The notes beneath the pieces are model-generated. The model worked only from the letters and a program-made list of their open reading frames with translations, ran no database searches and was not told the origin of the DNA. From the NCBI RefSeq assembly GCF_038096175.1, contig NZ_CP151099.1, positions 4,567,484 through 4,631,483 of the forward strand: a stretch of DNA of 64,000 nt. The letters are read 5' to 3'. The stretch comes from Nostoc sp. UHCC 0302 (GTDB lineage Bacteria > Cyanobacteriota > Cyanobacteriia > Cyanobacteriales > Nostocaceae). Each line of letters starts with the position of its first letter. Position 1 is the stretch's first letter. Positions 52,075-60,792 of this stretch are shown here, in pieces. A program made the position numbers and the translations under genes.

Positions 52075-52851
52075 CTACATTCCCATAATTTCATATCCTG
52101 CATCTACGTACAGAACTTGACCAGTAATACCGCTGGACAAATCACTGCATAAGAAAGCCGCAGTGTTGCCGACTTCTAGCTGAGTGACAGTACGTCGCAG
52201 GGGAGCAACCTGTTCTACATGATGAATCATATCTAAAATTCCACCTACTGCCGAAGAGGCCAAAGTCCGGATGGGGCCGGCAGAGATGGCATTGACACGG
52301 ATATTGTGCTGTCCTAATTCTGATGCTAAGTAACGCACACTTGCTTCTAATCCTGCCTTGGCAACTCCCATGACATTATAGTTAGGTATTGCCCTGACAC
52401 CGCCTAAATATGTGAGCGTAACGATGCTACCACCCTCTGTCATTAAAGGTTTAGCTGCACCGCTTAACTGTACAAGTGAGTAGGTGCTAATTTCTAAGGC
52501 GGTGTTGAAGCCAGAACGGGAGGTTTGGCTAAAATCTCCAGTCAAATCGTCTTTTTTGGCGAAGGCAAGGCAATGAATCAGGATGTCTAGCTTTCCCCAC
52601 TTATCGCGGATAGTTTCAAAGGTAGACTGAATCTGTTCATCGTCTTGAACATTACAAGGAAGAAATAAGCTGGGATTAAGAGGTTCTACCAATTCCGCGA
52701 CTTTTTTCTCCATCTTGCCGCGTTCATCGGGTAGGTAAGTAATACCTAGATTGGCTCCTGCTTTGTGTAATTGTTGGGCAATACCCCAGGCGATCGAGCG
52801 GTTATTGGCAATACCTGTAACGAGGGCGTTTTTTCCTGTCAGATTAAGCAT
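52075..52851 (-). CDS. fabI: enoyl-[acyl-carrier-protein] reductase (NADH)
   Basis: GKNALVTGIANNRSIAWGIAQQL... with Y and K in the YxxMxxAK-equivalent region; full-length FabI similarity. Start at MLNLTGK (52851), or 52872 per the track. Confidence 0.92.
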   Translation of the reverse strand: MLNLTGKNALVTGIANNRSIAWGIAQQLHKAGANLGITYLPDERGKMEKKVAELVEPLNPSLFLPCNVQDDEQIQSTFETIRDKWGKLDILIHCLAFAKKDDLTGDFSQTSRSGFNTALEISTYSLVQLSGAAKPLMTEGGSIVTLTYLGGVRAIPNYNVMGVAKAGLEASVRYLASELGQHNIRVNAISAGPIRTLASSAVGGILDMIHHVEQVAPLRRTVTQLEVGNTAAFLCSDLSSGITGQVLYVDAGYEIMGM

Positions 52852-53229
52852 AGAAATTGTTAGAGCGATCAATCACTAGGAGCATACTAGAATCTGAGAC
52901 TACTTTGTCTTTGTTTTGCACGTCATTTGCAAAAATGAATATTGAGAACAGTCTTTGATGCCACAAAATACCAAATTTTTTCTTAAGATATTCCCAAGAT
53001 ATCTTAATTTGTTCTTCAAAAAACCTTTTTAATACAGCTATTGTAAGTAGTTATCAAGAACTTTTAGCTTAAAAGATCAACAATTATGTATCATTATAAA
53101 CAGAGAGTTATGAAGCAATGATTTTGAGTATAGTAAAGAACAGAAAGGTTGACGGTGCTTTATTGAATTTTCAGGTGTATTCTTAGGGAATCAGTTTTTG
53201 TTTTTCCGGCATTGGGTAGGGGAAGGGAG

Positions 53230-53901
53230 ATGATCGTGACACAAGATAAAGCCCTAGCAAATGTATTTCGTCAGATGGCGACCGGGGCGTTTCCCCCAGT
53301 TGTGGAAACGTTTGAACGCAACAAAACGATCTTTTTTCCTGGCGATCCTGCCGAACGAGTTTATTTTCTTTTAAAGGGTGCTGTTAAACTTTCCAGGGTG
53401 TACGAGGCAGGAGAAGAAATAACAGTCGCGCTACTGCGGGAAAATAGTGTTTTTGGTGTGTTGTCGTTGCTGACAGGAAATAAGTCAGATAGGTTTTACC
53501 ATGCAGTTGCATTTACGCCTGTAGAATTACTTTCAGCGCCAATTGAACAGGTGGAGCAAGCACTCAAGGAAAATCCAGAATTATCAATGTTAATGCTGCG
53601 GGGTCTATCTTCGCGGATTTTACAAACAGAGATGATGATTGAAACCCTCGCTCACCGAGATATGGGTTCTCGGTTGGTGAGTTTTTTATTAATTCTTTGT
53701 AGAGATTTTGGTGTTCCTTGTGCCGATGGAATCACAATTGATCTGAAGTTATCTCATCAAGCGATCGCTGAAGCAATTGGTTCGACTCGTGTTACCGTCA
53801 CTAGATTACTAGGTGATTTACGTGAGAAAAAGATGATTTCTATCCACAAGAAAAAGATTACTGTGCATAAACCTGTAGTGTTAAGTAGGCAATTCACCTA
53901 A
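53230..53901 (+). CDS. ntcA: global nitrogen regulator NtcA (CRP/FNR family)
   Basis: [101 protein letters not shown]...[27 protein letters not shown] matches the Nostocales NtcA sequence as I recall it, essentially residue for residue. Confidence 0.97.
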   Translation: MIVTQDKALANVFRQMATGAFPPVVETFERNKTIFFPGDPAERVYFLLKGAVKLSRVYEAGEEITVALLRENSVFGVLSLLTGNKSDRFYHAVAFTPVELLSAPIEQVEQALKENPELSMLMLRGLSSRILQTEMMIETLAHRDMGSRLVSFLLILCRDFGVPCADGITIDLKLSHQAIAEAIGSTRVTVTRLLGDLREKKMISIHKKKITVHKPVVLSRQFT

Positions 53902-54073
53902 AAGCAATTGGGGGATATATAAGTGGTGCAGGTTGTGTTTTTTAGAGATAACACCCACAATGGGAGTTAAATCTAAAAATTGGTTAACTTCAGCTATTGC
54001 AAATTTCTACCCCCCCCCACAGACAATGATTGAAAGTAGTAGGCTGTATCTGGAAGCGTTTCGGTAGCTAAAG

Positions 54074-55564
54074 ATGACCACCGGGTACATCCTTATCGCA
54101 GCAATTTTAATTTTGGGAGGCGTAATTGCAACCGTGGGCGATCGCATCGGCACACGGGTTGGCAAGGCTCGCCTCTCACTCTTTAACCTGCGTCCAAAAA
54201 ATACCGCTGTATTAGTCACTATTTTTACAGGTGGTTTAATTTCAGCATCAACTCTAGGGATTTTGTTTGCTGCTGATGAAGGTTTACGAAAAGGCGTCTT
54301 TGAGCTAGAAGATATTCAAAGAGACCTTAGACAAAAGCGGGAACAGTTAAAAACGGCAGAAACTCAAAAAAGCCAAGTAGAAAATGAGCTAAATCAAGCT
54401 AGACTTGCACAAACTAAGGCACAGCAAGACTTGCAAGCAATTAATCAATCGCTGCAAGCAGTAACCGCTAAACAAAAGCAAACGCAAGCCCAACTTAACC
54501 GTACTATTAGCCAACAAGCTCAAACTCAAACTCAGCTCCAACGTACCCAAAGCCAGTTAGATCAAGTAGTAACTCGCTATCAACAAGCGATCGCTGAACT
54601 GCAAAGCGTTTACGATCAAAGAAAAGAATTACAAGCGGCAGTTGAACAACTCAAAGCAGAACGCCAACGACTGTACGCTGAAGCCAAAAAAGCCATTGAT
54701 GAAGCCAAAACAGCCATTGAAAAACGCGATCGCGAACTTGCCAATCGCCAAGTAGCAATTGAACAACGGGATCAAAAGATTGCTCAGCTAGATCAATTGA
54801 TTCAAAAGCGTAATTTAGAAATTACAGCTAGAGAGCAAGTGATTGCTAAACGAGAAACGCGTCTTAAAGAGTTAGAACAACAACAAGACTATTTAGAAGG
54901 GGAAGTGGCCCGGCTAGAAAAATATTATCAGTCCTACCGGGATCTGCGTTTGGGTAAACTTGCTATAGTTCGTGGTCAAGTTCTTGCTGCTGCTGTAGTT
55001 CAGGTTAATCAAGCTGCCGCAGCCCGTGAAGCAATAATCCAACTTTTACAAGAAGCCAACCGTAATGCCAACCTGGAATTAAGCGAGCCTGGTACAAATC
55101 CTGCAAATGTACAGTTAGTGCGTGTCACTCAAGAGAGGATTGAACAATTAAGCAAGCAGATTCAAGATGGTCGAGAATACGTGGTGCGAATCTTCTCCGC
55201 TGGCAACTACGTTAGGGGAGAAAAGCAGATAGAATTTTTTGCAGATACAGCGCGAAATCAATTGGTATTTTCGAAAGGTCAAGTGCTGGCTACAGCCACC
55301 GCTGATCCCAAAACCATGACATCTTATCAGTTGCGGCAACGTTTGGATCTGCTTATTTCTGCTTCTCAATTTCGCGCTCGTAATGCCGGAATTGTCGAAA
55401 GTGTGCAAATAGAAGGTACTTTCCTGCGGTTTGTTTCCCAGCTAGGGCAGTACCCTCAACCATTGGAAATCAAAGCGATCGCAGCGGAAGACACATATAC
55501 AGTTGGGCCTTTAAGAGTGAAACTAGTGGCAATAGTAAATGGACAAGTTATTTTTAGTACTTAA
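54074..55564 (+). CDS. DUF3084-domain protein (conserved cyanobacterial gene downstream of ntcA)
   Basis: N-terminal TM, a long Gln/Ala-rich coiled coil, and a conserved C-terminal domain; the same ntcA-downstream arrangement is recalled from Anabaena. Confidence 0.7.
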   Translation: MTTGYILIAAILILGGVIATVGDRIGTRVGKARLSLFNLRPKNTAVLVTIFTGGLISASTLGILFAADEGLRKGVFELEDIQRDLRQKREQLKTAETQKSQVENELNQARLAQTKAQQDLQAINQSLQAVTAKQKQTQAQLNRTISQQAQTQTQLQRTQSQLDQVVTRYQQAIAELQSVYDQRKELQAAVEQLKAERQRLYAEAKKAIDEAKTAIEKRDRELANRQVAIEQRDQKIAQLDQLIQKRNLEITAREQVIAKRETRLKELEQQQDYLEGEVARLEKYYQSYRDLRLGKLAIVRGQVLAAAVVQVNQAAAAREAIIQLLQEANRNANLELSEPGTNPANVQLVRVTQERIEQLSKQIQDGREYVVRIFSAGNYVRGEKQIEFFADTARNQLVFSKGQVLATATADPKTMTSYQLRQRLDLLISASQFRARNAGIVESVQIEGTFLRFVSQLGQYPQPLEIKAIAAEDTYTVGPLRVKLVAIVNGQVIFST

Positions 55565-55711
55565 AAAATAAAAACAACTTGCTCCCAAAGGTTGTAATAC
55601 AAAATCTCAATATCCATGAAATCAGTAGAAACAATCCTTAACTGAACTGTGCTGGTTTATAAACTACGGTTAAGGTAGAAAGTAGAGATAGAGACTATAT
55701 ACGGCAGAATT

Positions 55712-55753
55712 CAGAATTCAGATGGTCGCACCTCGACTGCGCTCGGTGGTCGC
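55712..55753. other. perfect 18-bp GC-rich inverted repeat (cacctcgactgcgctcgg-tggtcg-ccgagcgcagtcgaggtg)
   Basis: Read directly from the sequence; flanked by cagaattcagaattcag and agtcagaatttagaat; about 150 nt downstream of the DUF3084 gene stop. Confidence 0.85.
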
Positions 55754-55794
55754 CGAGCGCAGTCGAGGTGAGTCAGAATTTAGAATAAAAATAG

Positions 55795-55910
55795 GCTTTA
55801 TACCTGACTTTCCTTCGACTCCTTTCGGCTTCTCTGCGAGACCGGAGGCGTAGCTTGCTTCCCCGTAGGGGTACGCTTAAGGCAAGCCGCTCAGTAACCA
55901 TGAGACCTAT
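55795..55910. repeat. modular dispersed repeat (ttctctgcgagaccggaggcgtagcttgcttccccgtaggggtacgcttaaggcaagc)
   Basis: Related to 35960-36005 and 42875-42900; contains nested hairpins (gcttgc...gcaagc and ccccgtagggg). Confidence 0.6.
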
Positions 55911-56069
55911 ATCGTGTACTTCATCAACTTGAAATCTGCTGTATATTTCAATCAATTGAAAACTTCTGTCAGCGTACTTAATCAGCTAATGAGCATTTAA
56001 ACTAAATACAAAGAGTAGCTAAAATACCTACGATAATTGCATTCATTTATTTTTAATTTTTAATTTTCT

Positions 56070-56525
56070 ATGGCTTCCCGTGAATTTTTGCCGACGCAAC
56101 CAGTTATCTTAGGCTTTGATCCAGGTCGCGATAAATGTGGTTTAGCGGTGATGGGGCTTGACCGACAACTCTACTATCACCAAGTTATAGCCGCACAAGA
56201 AGCGATCGCTACCATTAACACGCTGCGTCAAAAGTATCCTATTTCCTTAATGGTGATGGGTGACCAAACTACAGCCAAACGGTGGAAACAACAACTCAAC
56301 GAGGAATTAGCAGAGCAGCTAAATATCATTTTAGTGGATGAGCGTTATACAACCTTAGAAGCACGCGATCGCTATTGGCAGATGTATCCCCCCACAGGGT
56401 TGACAAAGCTATTACCACAGGGTATGCGACAGCCACCACGCCCTATAGATGACATTGTTGCCATCCTTTTAATCGAAAAATACTTAAACCGCTTAACTGA
56501 ATCAGCAGTCAAGAGCGAGGACTGA
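56070..56525 (+). CDS. YqgF/RuvX-like (RNase H-fold) putative pre-16S rRNA nuclease / resolvase-like protein
   Basis: ILGFDPGRDKCGLAV (cf. LGxDxGxKxIGVAV), VDERYTTLEAR, DDIVAILLIEKYL (cf. AVIILESYF). Confidence 0.6.
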   Translation: MASREFLPTQPVILGFDPGRDKCGLAVMGLDRQLYYHQVIAAQEAIATINTLRQKYPISLMVMGDQTTAKRWKQQLNEELAEQLNIILVDERYTTLEARDRYWQMYPPTGLTKLLPQGMRQPPRPIDDIVAILLIEKYLNRLTESAVKSED

Positions 56526-56540
56526 GGAGTCATATCATTA

Positions 56541-56595
56541 ACAGACGCGTAGACGCTCGAAGAGCGGCTTCTCGTAAGAGTATAATCGCGTCTCT
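56541..56595. repeat. long SDR variant, reverse orientation
   Basis: acagacgcgtagacgctcgaagagcggcttctcgtaagagtataatcgcgtctct is the reverse complement of the 14912 and 43784 copies. Confidence 0.8.
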
Positions 56596-56873
56596 TAAAG
56601 TTGCGCTCTAATAATAAAAGCATAGTCCCCTCCAGGCTCTAGTTGATAATCTTGTTGCTCCAAGAAGCGACCGAGGGGTTCTTTAATTAATGCACGGCCT
56701 TGGGAAGGCTTAACGGAAAGTACTCCGCGGCGGAAATGCCACTGGAAATGCCACTCAAATTCCCCTGCACTGACTTCACCCTCAAGGAAGCCGTGTTGCC
56801 AAGATTGGCGGGTAATTTTGACATGGGCAATGGTTTCTGGCAGACGTTTAGCACTCACGATGCTTTGTGTCAA
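56595..56873 (-). CDS. conserved hypothetical protein (92 aa)
   Basis: ORF with cyanobacterial-type composition; no family recognised. Confidence 0.4.
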   Translation of the reverse strand: MTQSIVSAKRLPETIAHVKITRQSWQHGFLEGEVSAGEFEWHFQWHFRRGVLSVKPSQGRALIKEPLGRFLEQQDYQLEPGGDYAFIIRAQL

Positions 56874-56989
56874 GTGTAAAATAACAGCCGACCATATAGG
56901 CTATTTATTTTATTTACCAGACATAGCTGAAATAGACAAACTAACAAAATAGGTATTTGTAATCGACTGAGTTGTGTTAATACAAGTGG

Positions 56990-57590
56990 ACGCCAAAAGT
57001 CGCGGTCATACAAACAAAGCCTGCCTACGCAGGCTTGTAAACTCCAAAAATAGGGAAAATGCACAGAAATATTACGCAGTTGCAAATACATTGTGTTTAG
57101 GGAACTTGAAATAGCTTGCCACTGGTTACACGGGATATTCAAGAGATAATTTATTCAGTAATTGTTAAGCAATCCTCTGACTTAGGATGTAAGGTAATTG
57201 CCATTAGCGGTACAGTTCACGTTCATTTACTAACTAGTTTTTCGCCCCAATTGGCTATATCTGAGCTAATACAAAAAGCTAAAGGCAGTTCTTTCCATTT
57301 AATCACTTATGAAATTAAACTGCACGAGTTTTTCCAATGGCAAGGTGGTTGTGGTGCATTTACAGTTAGTTATCATCTGATCATCAGATAGCCAATTACA
57401 TTCGCAACCAAGCCACCTACCATTAACAAAAATCCTTCATCCCCGACAGGAAAATCGTTTAATTACATCGAACCTGCGTAGGCAATCTTTGCTTTTGCAG
57501 CTGCGGAGGAAATCGTTTAATTACATCTAATTACATCGAGCCTGCTTACGCAGGCTTTGTTTTTGTAGCCGCGACTTCAGTCGTTTGGCT
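56990..57590. mobile_element. degenerate IS200/IS605-like element (tnpA remnant flanked by ~45-bp inverted hairpin-containing ends)
   Basis: Left end gccaaaagtcgcggtcatacaaacaaagcctgcctacgcaggctt; the right end (reverse complement) reads gccaaacgactgaagtcgcggctacaaaaacaaagcctgcgtaagcaggct. The internal tnpA-like ORF is interrupted by stop codons. Confidence 0.6.
57060..57391 (+). pseudogene. IS200-family (Y1/HUH) transposase tnpA pseudogene
   Basis: 57116..57391 encodes ...VIAISGTVHVHLLTSFSPQLAISELIQKAKGSSFHL... (cf. TnpA HVHLLVSIPPKxSVSxxVxxLKGxSS). The upstream frame reads MHRNITQLQIHCV*GT*NSLPLV, a decayed counterpart of the YHCVWCPKYRRKVL region. Confidence 0.6.
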
Positions 57591-57610
57591 CTTAAAATCC
57601 CAAATCGAGT

Positions 57611-59767
57611 TTAACGATTCACTGCCGCAGCTTCCCGCGCTGCTGCTGCTTGGTCTGGGTGGATACCCAAGCGTGTAAGATTAATCCGTCCCTTATTGTC
57701 AATTTCGCGCACTTTGATAATCACTTCATCGCCGACTGCTACTTCATCCTCAACTTTACCAACACGGTAGTCAGCTAGTTGAGAAATGTGGATCATGCCT
57801 TCCTTCCCAGGTAGGAATTCCACAAATGCACCTATTGGTATAATCCGAGTTACACGCCCTATGTAAACATCCCCTTCGTGCAGCTTGCGGGTCATGCCTT
57901 GGATGATGTTTCTGGCTCTCTTTGCCTTGCTTTCATCCACTGCCGAAATTGTCACAGTGCCATCATCTTCGATATCAATTTTAGCACCCGTTTCCTCAGT
58001 AATCCCCTTGATAGTCTTGCCTCCAGGCCCAATGACCAGACCAATCATGTCTGAGTCAATCTTGATTGTTAAGAGACGTGGAGCATAGGGTGAGGTTTCA
58101 GTGCGTGGTTGTTCGATAGACTGGAGCATTTTCTCCAGAATGTGCAACCGAGCTGATTTGGCTTGGTGAACGGCTTGACCGATAATGTCTAAAGACAAAC
58201 CGGGGATTTTCATATCCATTTGTAAGGCAGTAATCCCGGCATCTGTCCCAGCAACTTTAAAGTCCATGTCGCCCAAAAAGTCTTCGATGCCCTGAATGTC
58301 GGTCAGGACTCGCACTTCGTCCCCTTCTTTAATTAGACCCATTGCCGCGCCACTGACAGGTTTGAGAATTGGTACACCAGCATCCATAAGGGCTAGGGTG
58401 GAACCGCAAACTGAACCCATCGAAGTGGAACCGTTAGAAGAAAGAACTTCCGAGACGACGCGAATTACGTAGGGGAATTGTTCTTTAGTTGGTAGTACAG
58501 GCAGCAAGGCTCGTTCTGCCAATGCACCGTGACCGATTTCACGTCTACCTGGCGCACGCAACGGCTTGGTTTCCCCAACTGAGAAAGGTGGGAAGTTGTA
58601 ATGGTGTAGGTAGCGTTTGGATTGGTCTGTTTGCAAGTCATCGTTTAAATTTTGGGCATCTCCGGGAGTACCAAGGGTACAAGCGGATAATACCTGGGTT
58701 AGACCCCGGTTAAATAAACCGCTACCGTGGACTCGCTTCGGCAAAACGTCAACTTGACAAGAAACAGGACGCACTTCATCAAGTTTGCGACCATCAACAC
58801 GAACGTTGTCTTCGACAATTTGCCGCCGCATAAAGTATTTGGTAATGTCTTTAAAAGTGTTACCAAGTGCTTTACTATTTGCGGTTGCAGCTACTCGAAT
58901 TGGGTCTTCTTCTGAAAGATCAGTGATCGATGTTGCAATATTGTCCTTAACGACATCCAAAGCGGCATCGCGTTCGGGTTTAGTTAATTCAAATTGAGAC
59001 AGGATTTTCTTAATCTCATCGCTGGCGCGATCGCGGATATAATTTTCCAGGGTCTGGTCTACTGGTGGTCGCTCTTCTTGCACCAGTTGCAATCCCAGTT
59101 CTGCTACCAAATCTAGCTGTGCTTTGATTAAGTCCCGAACTGCTTCGTAGCCAAAGTCAATTGCCTCGATAATATCTCGCTCTGGCAACTGATTGGCTCC
59201 TGCTTCTACCATAATCACGCCATGCGGTGAACCTGCTACTATCAGATCCAGGTCTCCAGCTTCAATTTCTGCATAGGTGGGGTTAATAATGAAATCATCT
59301 CCCACTAAGCCAACCCGTACTGCTGCCATTGGCCCATTAAAAGGGATCTGGGCAATTAGGGTAGCGATTGAAGCACCTGTTACTGCAAGTACGTCGGGTG
59401 GCACTAACTCGTCCATTGACAGCGTTATGGCCACAACTTGCAGATCATCCCGCAACCATGAAGGGAACAAAGGACGCAGGGGACGGTCTATAAGACGGCT
59501 GGTGAGAATTGTTTTTTCTGGTGGACGACCTTCCCGCCGCATTATCCCTCCGGGAATTCTACCAGCGGCATAGAGTCTTTCTTCGTAATCTACAGTAAGG
59601 GGAAGAAAATCAATGCCTTCTCTGGCTTGCGATCGCGTAGCTGTCACCAAAACAGCTGTATCCCCTGATTCTATCAAAACCGACCCCCCAGCCTGGGGAG
59701 CTAGTAGTCCTACCTTCAGTCGAATATCCCTTCCATCGAAGGATATTGACTTATCAACTTCTGCCAT
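57611..59767 (-). CDS. pnp: polyribonucleotide nucleotidyltransferase (PNPase)
   Basis: 718 aa with two RNase PH domains plus KH and S1 domains: ...[34 protein letters not shown]..., [17 protein letters not shown] and S1 [20 protein letters not shown]. Confidence 0.97.
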   Translation of the reverse strand: MAEVDKSISFDGRDIRLKVGLLAPQAGGSVLIESGDTAVLVTATRSQAREGIDFLPLTVDYEERLYAAGRIPGGIMRREGRPPEKTILTSRLIDRPLRPLFPSWLRDDLQVVAITLSMDELVPPDVLAVTGASIATLIAQIPFNGPMAAVRVGLVGDDFIINPTYAEIEAGDLDLIVAGSPHGVIMVEAGANQLPERDIIEAIDFGYEAVRDLIKAQLDLVAELGLQLVQEERPPVDQTLENYIRDRASDEIKKILSQFELTKPERDAALDVVKDNIATSITDLSEEDPIRVAATANSKALGNTFKDITKYFMRRQIVEDNVRVDGRKLDEVRPVSCQVDVLPKRVHGSGLFNRGLTQVLSACTLGTPGDAQNLNDDLQTDQSKRYLHHYNFPPFSVGETKPLRAPGRREIGHGALAERALLPVLPTKEQFPYVIRVVSEVLSSNGSTSMGSVCGSTLALMDAGVPILKPVSGAAMGLIKEGDEVRVLTDIQGIEDFLGDMDFKVAGTDAGITALQMDMKIPGLSLDIIGQAVHQAKSARLHILEKMLQSIEQPRTETSPYAPRLLTIKIDSDMIGLVIGPGGKTIKGITEETGAKIDIEDDGTVTISAVDESKAKRARNIIQGMTRKLHEGDVYIGRVTRIIPIGAFVEFLPGKEGMIHISQLADYRVGKVEDEVAVGDEVIIKVREIDNKGRINLTRLGIHPDQAAAAREAAAVNR

Positions 59768-60103
59768 TCAGTTTTTTTTCCTTCTCTTTCGCTATTCTCT
59801 CTCTGTGGCAATCCTAACATTTATGCCCTATGGCTGACTTTAGTTACATACAAAGTTGAGACTCCCTCTTAGGGATGAAATTTAGTTTGGCTGACTACAG
59901 GCTGGACAAACGTGGATTTTTTGGTTAAGTGAGAACAAGTTAGATAGCAGGTTTAGATTCTGTAAGTGAATTCTACGAATACGTTACACGAAAGCGATCG
60001 CCACTCAATCTAATCTGCGGTCAGCCTTTTGGATTCACGTCTACGTAAACTATACAGGTCATTCTGAATCACGCTCTTTGCCACTTACCCTCAGTCAAAT
60101 TTC

Positions 60104-60649
60104 TCAAGGTAAAGCCCGATAAATGATTAGAGCGTCTACCACCTGTTCCTCGTCTAGCTTCGCCGCTTGGGGAATGCGCCCAATAATCTCAAATCCTAAC
60201 GATTGCCAAAGTGTAATTGAAGGTATATTGGTTTCAAAGACCAAGTTGAACATTACTGCCTCATAGCCGAGGCTAGCTGCAATCAAGAGCATTGCCTCTC
60301 CCATAAACCGCCCGATACCCTGACCGCGCGATCCAGGTTGTACAATAAAACCAGCGTTGCAAATATGGCTACACCGACCCGGAAAGTTGGGCTTTAAATA
60401 AAATGCCCCCAGTATTTCTTGTGGGCTATGTGTAGCATTCTCAACAGATGCCTTGACAACAAAAGCATCCTGAATCAACCAGTAAGCAGCAAATTCTGCC
60501 TGAGATAGGGGTTGCTTTTGGGGATAAGTTTTACCTTCAACAATTACAGTATTTAGTAATGCTCTTACAACCTCCTGTTCTTGAGTGTGCATATAATTTA
60601 GCTCAACTACTGTCCCATCTTTTAAAAGTTTAACAAGGGGAAAATTCAT
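60104..60649 (-). CDS. GNAT-family N-acetyltransferase
   Basis: QPGSRGQGIGRFMGEAMLLIAASLGYEAVMFNLVFETNIPSITLWQSLGFEIIGRIP carries the acetyl-CoA-binding motif Q/RxxGxG/A. Confidence 0.8.
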   Translation of the reverse strand: MNFPLVKLLKDGTVVELNYMHTQEQEVVRALLNTVIVEGKTYPQKQPLSQAEFAAYWLIQDAFVVKASVENATHSPQEILGAFYLKPNFPGRCSHICNAGFIVQPGSRGQGIGRFMGEAMLLIAASLGYEAVMFNLVFETNIPSITLWQSLGFEIIGRIPQAAKLDEEQVVDALIIYRALP

Positions 60650-60792
60650 AATTAATTGCTATTGATGGTAACTAAATTTTAAGTACTTATTGTATTTAAG
60701 ATTTGGCTCAATAATATTCTTGAGAAGATGTGAAAAGCAGAAAGTCTGCAATTTAAATTTTTAAATTTTACGAAAATCTGAGTAGTTGGCAA

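Noticed and set aside
52900-53229. Searched for canonical NtcA box (GTA-N8-TAC) and Fur box sequences upstream of ntcA and the Fur-family gene.
   Set aside because: Only partial matches (e.g. GTATCATTATAAAC) were found. This is not sufficient to annotate a binding site without TSS data.
56870-57142. 90-aa minus-strand ORF.
   Set aside because: It overlaps the left end and hairpin of the IS200-like remnant. Cys/Leu-rich junk translation with no RBS.
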